Part shown: piece by piece, positions 32,641 through 45,670 of the stretch
Numbering within the stretch: the first letter of the stretch is position 1
Layout: every line of letters starts with the position of its first letter
Origin: Camelus ferus
Taxonomy: Eukaryota
NCBI RefSeq assembly: GCF_009834535.1
Contig: NC_045704.1
Location: forward strand, 76,136,001 to 76,200,000
DNA length: 64,000 bases
Direction: 5' to 3'
Notes under the pieces: model-generated
Database searches by the model: none
What the model was told of the DNA's origin: nothing
What the model saw: the letters and a program-made list of their open reading frames with translations, nothing else
Position numbers and translations under genes: made by a program

Positions 32641-34847
32641 CTGCCATTTGTCAAAGTCTTGGGCCCCAGAATCTCCACACAGGTATATAAGCTTAGACAG
32701 GCTTTAATTTTAACTATTTCATTTCTTCCGTAGACAATTCATAGTTCCTTAAAAACCTGAAGTAATTTCATCTTTTGCTTGATTGAGCTGATAGAAATCC
32801 TTGAGAAATGACCAGAAACTCTGGATCACAAAGTTAATGTCGAAAGAAAGAGGATGTGCTGGTTTTAAAAGCTAAGAGAGAAGGAAAGAAACTAGGGAAA
32901 AGTGTATTTTTTAACATTAAGTATAATGTTTTTCTCAGTGATATTTAACAATTTGTTTTTCACAGTGACACCTATAAATTATTTGTAATAGGCTATCTGT
33001 TCCTTAGCTTTCCAATTATATGTGATTATAATGGTGAGTTGATACAAAATGAAGGAAAATATTGATTGAAAACATTTGAAATATAAATGAAGTCATTTGG
33101 TTAGATTGAATATTGAAGTTGCTCTTTGATATATCTAAGGAACATTTAGAAACTCTAACAGTAGAATTTATAGCATTATATTTTAGTCTACTATGTAAGT
33201 CAGATTTTTAAGAATTTCTGACTACTGTTGAATAATGGATTATTCCATCCAAATATATGATTAAGATTTTGAAATATATTGAGTTTAAAATAAACTGTTA
33301 TTGCGAGCTCCATTTTAAACACTGTGAGAAAATGTTTACATGTCTTAAGAAGGCAGTAGGGGTTTTATACAACAATATGCAAAATCTGAAAGTAAATATC
33401 AAAGGTGCGGATTTTTTTTATCTTTGTGAGGGGAAAAAGTAATTGGGAGAAAATGTTACTCCCTTGACTAAGAGAGCACCTCAAATTGAGTTATTTTTAA
33501 AGTTTAGTTCATCAAGCCTCCAGAGCTGAGCAATGGAAGATATGGGTATGAAGAGATAGTATGTACTTGTTTTTCTTAACATCAGTGATTCCCTATTTGA
33601 AGAAACCAGAATTTATCAACAGCCAGTGGCCACTTGCACAAAGGTTTGGTCATGAGTGGGGGCTTTCTGTTCTTTTGTTCTGGGTAAGTCTATCAACAGT
33701 AACATTCTTCTTTATCTCCAATTCATCTGCTGTATGCATAGTGCTGATCTAGACACTGAAAATTTGGTCATCTTTTCCCAAAGTAATATCCTATGGGAAA
33801 AAAAAGCCTAAATCAGAGTCTGCTTTGAATATAGTAAGTTCTAAAGAGCATCTTAAGACGATAGTCAAATTATCCCAGGAAAAACAAGGCAGAGATTTTA
33901 ACAATATCCACAAGTTGATGTTGCTTGAAAACACACAATTTGAGTTGAAGTTTGAGCATATTTCTTCCCTTTAGACATTATAAACTTGCCTTTACACCCT
34001 GCTGTGAGGACAGCTTTGGTGCCCCAGAAGTAAGAGTTTAGCTGTGATTAAAGGAATGAGGTCTGTGCCTTGAACTGACAGATTAGTTTTTGCTAGGTTT
34101 TCCCTGTTAATTCTAGGCTTGACAGCCCTACCATAAATTTACCTAAATGATGGCAAACTCCTACAAGGCTGGTCATTGTCTTGCAAAAAAAAAATCATGA
34201 AGTGCTACTGAAGATGCTGATATGTCTATCACAAAATGCTCTTCCAGTTTGCTAGAAACCTGGGCAAAGCAACTAAAAACGCATCACAGCTTCACTGCTG
34301 GTGGAGCGATAGAGATATGGACACACAAACTTAGCTAATGGGAAGACTGCGCCTGACTTCTGTGGTCACTGCTGTGAGCCTCCGTGTTTGTCTTCTGGTC
34401 TCTCATAACAATGTAATTACATCCTGCCTGCCCAGTTTTTCTCATAACTGAAGCTGATAAGTATAAACCACAGTTTATGATTGTGAATCACAGCCTGAAG
34501 CAACGTGGCATGGACATTGATTGCAGAGAAATATAAATAGTAGATGATAACAGATTGACTGACTCAATCTGAACCCTATCACAAACCAGTTAGGGCATCA
34601 GAGAACCACCTAAAATGAATCTTAGCTTCCCAGGAAGAGACCAGGGATGGAGAGTGAACAAGTCCAAGCATCAGATAAAGGCTTTATAACCTCATTAGCC
34701 TTATTCATTCTTATGAGGTGATCATTCCTCTAGGCATTACCTCTCTCTGCAGACATGAGAGTAGGTACCATAAGTTAGGGGTGACATTTTCTATTTTCTC
34801 TTTCCAGCAAGCCCCTTCCCTTCCTGTGTCCATAAGTAATGTATGTT

Positions 34848-35170
34848 CTTTTATTTTTTAACACCTTTATTGTGGTATGGTTCCTGTACAGTAAACTACA
34901 CATATTTCAAATGTACAATTCAAGAATTTTGATAGATGTATACACCCATGAAACCACTACCACCATCAAGATAGCTAACATTTCCATCACTCCCCAAGAG
35001 ATGCAATTTTCGAATTCCCAATTTATCCCTTCCCACCCCCTTTACCCCCTGGTAACCATAAGTTTGTTCTCTATGTCTGTGAGTCTGTTTCTGTTCTGTA
35101 GATAAGTTCATTTGTATCCTTTTTTGGGATTTCACATATAAGTGATACCATATGATGTATGTTTTTGAGT
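34848..35170 (-). mobile_element. Mosaic L1 3' end: L1MB-like (34848-35003) joined to a young L1 3'UTR piece (35004-35155)
   Basis: The first part follows the L1MB end (tttattgtggtat...gtatacacccatgaaaccactaccaccatcaagat...catttccatcac). The second part matches the young L1 copies at 22711 and 51184 (ggtaaccataagtttgttctctatgtctgtgagtctgtttctg). Confidence 0.8.
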
Positions 35171-35689
35171 TTGGAGAGTCCTGGTTCTGTGACTAGAAAA
35201 CCTAGAGATGCTTTCATTTGCAGTCACTGTGCATATCATTAGGTTGCTGAACAGTCAAGAACTGAACACATACACTGTGGTAATAATTCACCTTCAGGTC
35301 TTAAGAGAAAATGCTAAGGAAGAGAAGGCGAAAGAAAGGGTGAGAGAAAAGTGGGAATTACTCATTTATTGGAAACAAGATTTTTCTCCAAAACCAACTA
35401 CCATTAGGTGATCATTACTATCTATAAATGCATATGTAAATTCAACGAGGTCAGGCCTGATCTGGTCCTCAAATACATTTTATTTGGTCAACACAGTGTT
35501 TTGATTACTTTTTAATATTTGAATACCTTATTATGGAGCATAAACCTTTGAGGTAGTTGCAGCTTCTGCCATACATTGTTGTCCTATCCAGGGTCTGCTT
35601 ACCTGCCTGCCTACTGAAGGCAGTGGAATTTTGACCCCTTGGTCTACACCATCCCGTAGATTGATGTGGAAACATTGACTCTTCCAGGG

Positions 35690-36135
35690 AAGAGCTTATG
35701 GGTACCTATTATATGCCAGGTACTGAACTTGAAACAAACAAAACAATCAATTTTATAATTTCAGGCAGTGATACATACCATGAAGAAATATAATCAGGGT
35801 GAGGGAAAGGGAGTAAGAAGACAGCCACTTTAGGACTAATCTAAGAAGGCTTCTCTGAGGACAGGGTATCAGAGCAAGAGTTAAGGAATGTGATAGAGTG
35901 AGCCTTGTAAAGATCTGGGGGGCGAGCACTCCAACAGAAGGAACACCGAGGGTAAAGACCCTAAAGAGAAACAGGAAGCAGGCCAGAGTGGAGTTCTTCA
36001 GGTGGAAAGTGATAGAAACTGAGGTTGGGGAATTCAGCAAATGCTAGATTGTTTAGGTCTTTTGTCTCCTTCAAGACAATAGGAAGTCACTGGAAGATTT
36101 TTAGCAAGGAAATCAAGTACTTTGATTTATATGCC
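35690..36135 (-). mobile_element. L2 fragment
   Basis: acctattatatgccaggtactg...gaaggcttctctgagg...gtaaagaccctaaagag...ggaagtcactggaagatttttagcaagg. Confidence 0.75.
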
Positions 36136-37552
36136 TATAAACAGGTAACTTCTGGTTTATAGGAAGCACATACTTTAACTTACTTTAAATTCTTCAAATA
36201 TTTACAAAATTAAATAATGCTCCTGAAATTTTACCTGTCTCTTAATCTGCTCAGCTAATCAATATGTTAGAAAACATTTACTGAGCACCTACTATGTGCA
36301 AAGTCCTATGCTAAGTTCTATTTACAGTATAAAGATCACTTAATACATGGTCCCTGACTCAAAAAGCTTGAACACTGCTTTCTAACATCCATTCACCAAT
36401 CACTGAGTATTTTGTGCTATGCCTCTAAAATACATGCTACATTTTTCTTCCTATTATTACTAAAGAGCAGACTTAAGAACCTTAGTTTTGTTATTGATCA
36501 ATATATATGATGCATAGCCTGACACAGAACTCCCGTGTCACTCCTTTAACTCTTATGTTAAGTATATCACTTCAAAGAAAAGCATATTGCAATATGGAAG
36601 TTCACAGCTCCAGAAAAAAAAAAAAAAAACAGCAAAAGACCTCTGGAATGGGTTTGAGAAAACAAATCTTTTAATCACTGTCAGCACCTCCTCATCCTGC
36701 TGAAAACCGATGTCCTTTTTGGCACTCAGGAAATGATTTCTTTATGGAAGAAATGATAAACCAGTTTGCATCCTACTGTGATACCCCATTGAAAGACAAT
36801 ATTTGTTATTTCAGTTTTGAGGATCACTTCATAATTGTCGAGTCATATCAAATTAGCATCCTAGCTTCTGTTACCCCATTTTCTGGAATCTTGGAGTGTG
36901 ACTGACAGGGTCTACAGAACAGTCACCAAGGGCAGGCTGGTTTAAATACGCCAGAGACAAGCACAGGGACAGAGAGAGTCCTAAACAGAGTTGCAGGAAG
37001 GGGCGTCTCACCCCCACTCCTCCCACTTCCAGTGCTCTCATATAACCATCGGGAATTCCCTGGACACTCCACAAAGCATCGCTGAAACCCACCTATCAGA
37101 GTTACTCCGACCTCTATCCCCTTTCCTTGGAGCCCTGTCTCTGATAGTTTCCCAAGTCTGTGTTGCCATGATATTTCCATCTCAATAACATAATTGCTTT
37201 TTAAAAGGGGTGATTATACCTTACCCACAGGAATTACTTGAATTGTGGTAATTCTAAATGCATTAGCAGGCAGCACAGGAGAGATACAGACAAGAGGCCT
37301 TTGGTTCCCCTTGGAATATCACCATTTGCTATTTCACGTGAGGCCGACCAGACACATGCGGTTGTTGGGTACACGTTACTGCCTGAAACCCTGGCCAGAT
37401 GTGGTAAGTGCTGTGCAGTCCTACTTTAATTACTGGAAGGCCGGGTGTTCTTTAGTTAACTCTCATTTTATACTGCGGCAGGGTCTAAGTAGGAAAATGA
37501 ATGTGTCTGTGCATTATCCTAGCACACATGAAACCAAAACTGACAGGCACCT

Positions 37553-37765
37553 GGTGTGACGCAGTGGAAAGAGCTCTGGAGTCGAAAGACCTAGGTGCGT
37601 GCCCCGTCTCCACGGCCTGCGGAAGGAGAGGCGTGGGGAGGGCCCCTCCGCCTCTGAGGCTCTTACGTCACCTGTGAAATCCCACAGAGCTGTGGAACTG
37701 AAGTACCGAGTATATGTTGAAACACGTTGTAAACTGTAAAGCACAGGCAAAAGATGCTATTTTCG
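37553..37765 (+). mobile_element. MIR SINE, unusually GC/CpG-rich
   Basis: gcagtggaaagagctctggagtcgaaagacctaggtgcg...cctctgaggctc...cacctgtgaaat...tgtaaagcac follows the MIR layout. Confidence 0.65.
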
Positions 37766-38564
37766 TTTTAAGCAAAAATAGAACAAGGGCAGATGAAGAT
37801 TTCAAGATCTTTAGGATTTTTTTTTCAAGTTTCTCTACCTTTCTTAACAATCTGTTTTTATGATGTCTGATTATTTGAGGATGTGCTCAGGAGACCTTTC
37901 TGAGCAAGTGTACGAGGTTCGTCTGAGCGCCTCATCCTTTCCCTCTCTCTGTTTCTTGGCTTTTCCCAGGCTTTCTCTTGTCCTGTGGGAAATCGGCTGT
38001 GGGTACTCCTGAAAAGCCTTTTGTGAATTTTGTCAAATTAGCAGTCACAGTTCCATCTCTTTGTTTCTTCTTTTTCAAAAATTGCTCAAAGAATTAGAGT
38101 TAGGGTTTTTCCTTTCTTTTCTAAGTATGAGTTTATCTGGCTATGCCTTTCAAATGAAAAGCATATTCTCATTGAATTCTATAAATGTATGATAGAGTGA
38201 AGGCAGGGCTTATGTTTTGGATTGTTTTCTGGGAGAAAAAAAGGAAAAAAGCCCCATTTCAAGTACAAATACAGGAGAACAGCATCCTGATGGAATCCTG
38301 TGAAGGAAGTCAGCATTGCACAGTCTTTGTGTCAGAAGGCTGTGTGGGGTGCATATCATCACAGAATCTCATATGGAGGAGATGGAGGTCCATTTCATCC
38401 AGTCCAACTCAGTCATCTTCCAGTATACACAGGAAACATGCCTTAATTTGCAATTTAACCTGCTTTCAACATCAAGTCTAATTTCCTTATCTGAACCATA
38501 TTTTGCACTTAATAAATGTTAGTTAAGTAAAATGAATAGTTAACCCACTATCCTTTCCCCCTTC

Positions 38565-38565
<1 letters not shown>

Positions 38566-38595
<30 letters not shown>

Positions 38596-38601
38596 GAGAG
38601 A
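38566..38601. repeat. A20 followed by (GA)8
   Basis: Read directly from the sequence. Confidence 0.92.
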
Positions 38602-39534
38602 CTTGCTGATAGTATCAGTCCCTTTTCTGATTAATTCCATTCACTGCATGCTTTTATTCACTTTTCCCCTGCTAGAGTGTGGATCCTCTCTTGCCATTTG
38701 TATAGAGATTGCCTATCCTTCAGACTTCAGCTCAAGGCTAATCTCCACCAAGAGACACCATTCTATGCTGATCTTCCTTCTTTTCTGAATGCAATTCAAT
38801 TAAATATCTAATCATCTCGTATATAATATATATTTCTTGAGATACTGTACACGATGCTTTTATTTTTAAATAAGATGTAATAAAACATGATTATGTACCT
38901 GTTTTGCATTTTTCGTTTTTGTTTTGATCATGTTACTGTGTGGTGGTGTTCTAGTAGCCTTTGGGGACAAACTACTTTTTCTTTTTTCTTTTGGATTGTT
39001 CCACTGTGACCAGAGAAGGAAAGTACGTAGAATAGATGCAAAGTAAATATTTGTGCTTCACTGAATAATAAGAATACATTAGTTCTACTGTAATAAACGG
39101 CTTATACTTGCTTTATTGAAAATATGATGTAACAATATTAAGTAATAATTTAAGTCATTTGACTCTAACACTGTTATTTCTCCTTTTTCCAAGCCCTTTC
39201 CACATCTGTATATAGTTTATATAAGCATTATCAAAGTACACTTACCATTTTGTATTCTGAATTTTTATCTGTATTTGCCATAATCCTTTCAGTAATTTTA
39301 CATAATCTTCATAATTATCATGTTAAATGCATAATAATATACAACATAAATAATAAATATTCCTTTCTGTGGGTGAACCATAGTTTTATTAAGCTACTCA
39401 CACATTATTAAACTGTGACCATTTCCAATGTGTCCATCAGTGTATCAGGTGCCTCAAGTGTATAAAGAAGCTCCTAGTGAGGTCACCCAAACTGTACCCC
39501 TTTGTTCACACTCCAGAAGGCATCACCATCGTCT

Positions 39535-39745
39535 CCTTCTTCCTATTTATTGAGCAACTGCTCTGTCCCAGGCAATGTTCTAAGTGCTTTGAATGCTTGT
39601 CTCATCTGAGCCAGGTATTACTATGCTTCCCTTACAGTTAAGAGTGGCTTAGAGTGCTAAATCACCTGCAGAGGTCAATTACATAGTCAGGTGCACAACC
39701 TGGAACCCCAGTCCAGGTCTGTCTGATGCACACCTAATTATCTCG
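39535..39745 (-). mobile_element. MIR SINE
   Basis: tatttattgagcaactgctctgtcccaggcaatgttctaagtgcttt...aaatcacctgcagaggtcaa...ccaggtctgtctgatgc. Confidence 0.7.
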
Positions 39746-39844
39746 CTACTTTTTGTCACCCACATCCCTCAGTATTTAAAAAAAGTATTTTTACATATAG
39801 TGCCTAAAGCACTGATGGGAAGCAAAATAATTTTACACAATGCA

Positions 39845-40030
39845 CTGTTATACATTCATTTTGATGAGCATTAGAAAAAAATATTGAAACAATATATATT
39901 GCATTCAATGTGTTGTTAAAATTAATTTCACTTGTTACCTTTTACTGTGTTGAATGTGTCTAGTTAGAAAATTTTAAAGCGTATATGTGGTTGGCATCTT
40001 GCATTACATTTCTATTACAAAGTGTTGACC
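39845..40030. mobile_element. MER33/MER3-like hAT-Charlie remnant
   Basis: aattaatttcacttgttaccttttac...aaaattttaaagcgtatatgtggttggc...attacatttctattacaaagtgttg resembles the MER33 end. Confidence 0.55.
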
Positions 40031-41704
40031 TAAAAACAGTAGAGATGTTGTGTGGGACTACGGAGCATAGTTCTTCTTCTGAAAGACTGCATTGAGAATT
40101 GTCAAAGTCAACCCTAGGATCTGGTCTGCATTCACACTAGAACCTCATAACTTCAGCCTGTAAAAGGAATTGTAAAAAAAACCAAAAAACCCCTGATGAT
40201 CCCTACAAATAGAAGGTAGCCAAAGGGTCACCAGCGTGGTGAATGGCTTCCTATGATGCACGTTAGCTCTTCTTGACGCTTTAGGGTCCATAGGAAACAA
40301 CTGGGTACCAGCCCCATTTTTGAGAAGTCAAGTGATAATTTAAAAAAATTATACACATGAATGAATATATTTATTCATTTGCATATAGGTAAACCAATAT
40401 AATTTTATGTGTGCATNNNNNNNNNNNNNNNNNNNNNNNNNNNNNNNNNNNNNNNNNNNNNNNNNNNNNNNNNNNNNNNNNNNNNNNNNNNNNNNNNNNN
40501 NNNNNNNNNNNNNNNNNNNNNNNNNNNNNNNNNNNNNNNNNNNNNNNNNNNNNNNNNNNNNNNNGATTTGTAAGAACTATTTAACATAATCCCTCAGGAT
40601 CTGAATTCATAAGAATTTAAAATCTGTTTTAAAGGTCTAAAACTACATTGAGTTTGTTTTGCTTGGGGGAGGGCAGATTTTAAGCATAGCACTGTTGTGC
40701 TCAAGCATTATTTTATATTCTTTCAAAGCTATATTAAACAGTATGAAATTAACCTCTCTTGTTTCTCCAGCAGCAGTAAACAATTTAACAGAAACTCAAT
40801 TTTCTTTCAGTTCATAAATGTAGTATATTCCCCACTGTGTCAAAATACCTTGTCTACTTTACCTCTCCAGTAAACTGATGACAGATAAAGATTCTGCTAC
40901 CCATGTCTGTTCCATGTAACAATAGCAGTTGACATAGATCTGTAACAACTCACCTGGGTAGCTCTGTTAGTGTGGGGGAAAATAAAAGCGTAGCAGAGAG
41001 TTAAGTAATATTTTTGAATGGTATTGTAACCATGTCCACTCAGATGATAATTTAATCTCCACAATTTTAGGCCTCCCACACAACAAATTGTTCCCTTTCA
41101 GTGACACAGTAGGGAGAAAAGTGCAGGATACCAGCTGGCAGTTGCTACTGTGGAATGCTACCTACAAATATAGATTGGAAGTTGTGGGNNNNNNNNNNNN
41201 NNNNNNNNNNNNNNNNNNNNNNNNNNNNNNNNNNNNNNNNNNNNNNNNNNNNNNNNNNNNNNNNNNNNNNNNNNNNNNNNNNNNNNNNNNNNNNNNNNNN
41301 NNNNNNNNNNNNNNNNNNNNNNNNNNNNNNNNNNNNNNNNNNNNNNNNNNNNNNNNNNNNNNNNNNNAAGAACGATGTTCCAAAGGGTCACAAAATGCCA
41401 AACTGATGGGTTTATAGATCTGTACACAAAAGGTCTTATTTCTGTAAGGCTGTGTTTATATTTAAAGGCACTCAAAATGAAAGGATAAAGTCAGACTTCA
41501 AATCTTTTCCAAGTTATTAACATATAAGCTACTGGGATAATATGAAATCTTTTGCACTTTATATCTAGATTGAAATGATGCAGAATTAATTCATCTTGTC
41601 TATTGGGGATTTAAGATATTCTATGATTTTTAATTTTTTTATGGGAAATTTAGGAGAAATGATATGAAATAATTTTGAAATATCTTATTTCAAGATTTTT
41701 TAGT

Positions 41705-41885
41705 GGGGAGGGTATAGTTCAATTGACAGAGTGCCTGCTTAGCGTACATGAGGTCCTGGGTTCAATCCCCAGTACCTCCATTAAAAACAAAAAATAAGTA
41801 AATAAACCTAATTACCTCCCCTCTAAACAACAGTAACAAAACAAACAAACAAACCCCCCCAAAAAACCAATAAAACACACAAAAA
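41705..41885 (+). mobile_element. tRNA-Ala-derived SINE (Vic-1-like)
   Basis: ggggagggtatagttcaattgacagagtgcctgcttagcgtacatgaggtcctgggttcaatccccagtacctcca...aataaacctaattacctccc plus an A/C-rich tail; TSD aagattttt at 41692-41700 and 41886-41894. Confidence 0.92.
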
Positions 41886-43024
41886 AAGATTTTTAAATTC
41901 ATTTTTGTCCACAGAGCTGTACACTTTTAAGTTTTTAGTCATTTAGAATCCTATTTTAGTAATCAAAAAAGTCTAGGTTTCTCCATCAGATTTACTGTAC
42001 AACATCTTGATTAAATATTTATAAATTTCTTAAAATTTAGATTGCTTTCTTGATCTATTGAATAAAGCATACATTCATTAGTCTTCTTTTACAAAGGGCT
42101 GCTAAGCAGGAGCAATGTCTTTTATCTGTTTCTGTGTGTCTAGCACACTATGGGTGCTTAATAAATGTTTAATGATGTTAAGCCATATGATGAATCACTA
42201 TTGTCCTCAGATATAATTGGAAAAGGGGCTACATCCTGAATGCAGACTTGGGCATTCTAAACCTGTGCCTGCCAAAAGCAGGAAATGTAGATCTTAATAT
42301 CTACCCAAAGTTGATTTTTTTTCATACAGGACCCTAAATAATTAGAGATAGGAAGTAGAAACATGTAGATTGGAAACTCCTTGAAGAAGGGCACTGAATC
42401 TTCTGAATATTGGACACCAGCATGCCTACTTCATATCAGATTCCCAATAAATAATTGTTGAGTGGATGATTTTCCTTAGGGCCCAACAAACTTCATTTGC
42501 AACTATGATTACATTTACCCTCAGGAATATCCCTGTTGCATCCCGATCAACCCTGGAATGTTAATGGTATTCCCACAGAATGACAAGTTTTCTCACTTGT
42601 AAAACAGGTAATTCTGCCACAAAATAAAAAATGTGTATTACCAGTATGTGAGCCATCTAGATTTCCCCTACTCCCTAGTCTTCTGGAGTTACCCGGTACT
42701 GAGATCTTTGAATAAAAATGGCTGAAACATCCACCCAACATACAGTAGGAGACCATTTATTCTGTCCCCATATCCCCTTATTTCCAGGGTTCTTGGATTT
42801 TTCTCTCTCCTCATTACTTTTCATTCCATTTTTCTACTTCTGCTGTCTCCATTCTCTCTCCCCTCTTGCACCTATTCCCGTCCACATGAACATATAGCGT
42901 GTGCAACAGGGAAGAATCTCAGTCTACAAACTCACAGTGTGAAATACGTTTCTTTATTTCCTTTACCTAAAAAAGAAAAAGTTGGTGGTGGAGTTCTTTA
43001 GTACAAGTTGCTCATTTCACCTTC

Positions 43025-43200
43025 CTTTGTAACAAGCTCCATGTGGTAAGTACTGTTTGTTATCCCCATTTTACAGATAAGGAAACTGAGGCAGAGCGAA
43101 GTTAAGTAACTTATCTTAAGTTTTACAGCCAGTAAATAAAGTGTTAGGAGTTGAATTTAAGATTCCTTTTCTACTCCTGCATTTGACTGCGAAGTCTACA
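43025..43200 (-). mobile_element. MIR SINE
   Basis: Well-preserved core ttatccccattttacagataaggaaactgaggcagagcgaagttaagtaactt. Confidence 0.85.
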
Positions 43201-43289
43201 ATGATTCACTGCCTCCTTCATGAGAGCTACCCTAGAAGTGATTTACTAACAGTGAGTGCTCATTGAGTACTATCTACATAACAGCATCC

Positions 43290-45670
43290 TTCTGAGTCCT
43301 TTACAGGTATTATTTTGTCTGATATTAATGTATCATTCCAGCTTCCTCTTGATTAATGTTAACCTGATATATTTTTCCAGCCTTTTGTGGGCAGCGTATA
43401 ATTGTTCTTGCTTTTTCATCCATATCTTAATTGGGTGTTTAGTTTTGGATTTAATACGAGTATTGACGTGGTTAGATTTAAGTCTAATGTCTTGCTATTT
43501 CTGTTTGCCCCAGTCTTCTGGTTCGTTTTTCCTCTTTTTCTGCAATTGTTTGGATTAATGTAACTTTTTAATGATTCCCTTGTATCTCTTTTGTTGGTTT
43601 GTTAGCTGTATCTCTTTGTTACTTTAGAATTGCTTTAGGGTTTATAATATGTAACTCTAAGTTATCACAGTCTAACTTCAGGTGGTGTAATACCACTTCA
43701 GATGTAATACAAGAACTTCATGGTCGGGGAGGGAAATAGTTCAGTGATAAAGCGTGTGCTTAGCATGCACAAGGTCCTGGGTTCAATCCCCAGTACCTCC
43801 ATTAAAAAAAAGAAAACCATAAAAAAAAAAAGAACCTTATAATATTATACTTCTGTTTCTCCCCTCCCAGCCTTTATGCTTTTGTTTTCATACATTTTAC
43901 TTATATGCATGTTACAAACCTCACTATGTATTGTTACCATTTTTGTTTCAACAGTCAATTATTTTTTAAATAAGGAAAAATTTTATATATTTACCCTCAT
44001 AGCTGTCATTTCCATTTATCTTCATTCCTTTGTGTGTATAATCCAGATTTCCATCTGTCATTTTTCCTCTGCTGAAAGGAGTTCTTTTTAACATTTCTTA
44101 TAGTTTAGGTCTGCTGTTGATGAATTCTTTCAGCTTCTGCCTAAAAATGACTTTATTTTGCTTCAGTTTTGAAAGATACTTTGTTGGGTGTAGAATTCTA
44201 GATTGACAGATTGTTTTCCTTTCATTTGTTTAAAGATTTTGCTGTGTTTTCCACTGTGTTCTCACTTGCATTGTTTCCAAAGAGAAATCTATATATAACA
44301 TGTCTTTTCTTGTATCACTGCTTTTAAAGGAGTCACTGTCACTGGTTTTGTGCATTTTGATTAAAATATGTCTTGAGGTAGGTTTCTTGTATTTTTTATG
44401 CTAAAGGTTCACTGCACTTATTAGATTTGGTTAAAAAAATTAGAAAATTTGTGGGAATTACTTTTTCAAATACCTGTTGTGTTCACCCCTCTCCTCTTCT
44501 TTGGGAATTCTAATCACACATGTCTTAGGTCACTTTATATTGTCATGTAATTCACTGATGATCTTTTCATTAAGAAGTTTTTTTTTTCTTGTTTCATTTT
44601 AGACAAGTTCTATGGCTCTGTCTTTAAATTCACTAATCTTTTCTTCTGTGATGTCTAGTCTGCTGCTAATCCCTATCCAGTGTATTTTTCATTGCAGAAA
44701 TTGATTTTTTTTTGTCTTAAGAATATTGATTTGGATCTTTTTTTATATCTTCCATTCTCCTAGTTAATTTTTGAACATATGGAATGCAATTACAATAATT
44801 GTATGTAACTGTTTTAATGCCCTGCCTGCTAATTATAATGCGTGTCAGCCTTGAGTTGGTTTCTGTTGATTATTTGCATCATTTTTCAGCTCCTTTGCAT
44901 GGATGATAATCATTGGCTGTATATGCCCAATATTGTAAATTATACCTTGTTGAGTGCTGAGTATTTTTGCATTTCTGAGAATATTCTTGAGGTTCTCCTG
45001 GGATTTAACTAAGTTATTTGGAAACATGTCAATCCTTTGGGTTCATACTTTCATGATTTATTAGGCAGTCTGGAGCAGTCCTTAGTCTAGGGTTAATTAT
45101 TCTCTGTTGCTTAAGCAAGACTTAACCTATTTCATCCAATATCCTGTGAATTAAGAGCTTTTCTCATTACCTCGTGAGAACAGGCACTGTCTCTGCCCTG
45201 TGTGAGGGCAGGTGCTGTTCTCTAGTCCCTTCAGGTGTTCTTCTCCCTGGCCCCCTGCAGTTCCTTCCTCCGCATGCACAGACCAGTACTGTGCTGAGTG
45301 GTGGAGGGGTCCGTGTGCAGATCTCCCATGGTCTTACACCGTGCAGCCCTCTCCAGTGCTCTGTCTTGACTCTAGCTGCCCTAGCCCCCTGCCCTCTCAC
45401 CTCCACCTTCTCTGATCGGGTTGTGCAATGGCCTCAGCCTGGTTCCCCTTTTCTGCACCATGGCCACAAAGCTCTCTCAAGCCAGCAAGCTAAGGCAGTC
45501 CTTGGACTCAGTTCATTTGTTTCCTTTCTCTCAGGGGTCATTGTCCTTCTTTGCCTGGTGGCTAGTGTCTTAAAAACATTTCATATATTTCATCTTTTGG
45601 AGGGTTAGTTCAGGTGGGAGAATAAATATAGACCCTGTTACTTCATCGTGAGTGGAAGTGGAAGTCCTGA
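43290..45670 (-). mobile_element. Old L1M element (5'/ORF1/inter-ORF region), interrupted by a SINE
   Basis: Reverse L1M text: gtctgatattaatgtatcattccagc...; ggtctgctgttgatgaattctttcagcttc; gttgggtgtagaattctagattgacag; cactaatcttttcttctgtgatgtctagtctgct. Confidence 0.8.
43726..43829 (+). mobile_element. tRNA-Ala-derived SINE, head-only variant
   Basis: ggggagggaaatagttcagtgataaagcgtgtgcttagcatgcacaaggtcctgggttcaatccccagtacctcca followed directly by an A-rich tail; imperfect TSD aagaacttcat (43711-43721) / aagaaccttat (43830-43840). Confidence 0.9.

Noticed and set aside
32137-32648. 15-bp repeat ccccatccctgccat on both sides of the L1 at 32301, read as a TSD with 3' transduction
   Set aside because: There is no T-tail next to the left copy, and the right copy resembles native L1 3'UTR sequence, so chance similarity is likely.
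42187-42240. C/D box snoRNA-like ATGATGA...CTGA
   Set aside because: The span is only ~50 nt with a negligible terminal stem, and no guide complementarity was recognised.
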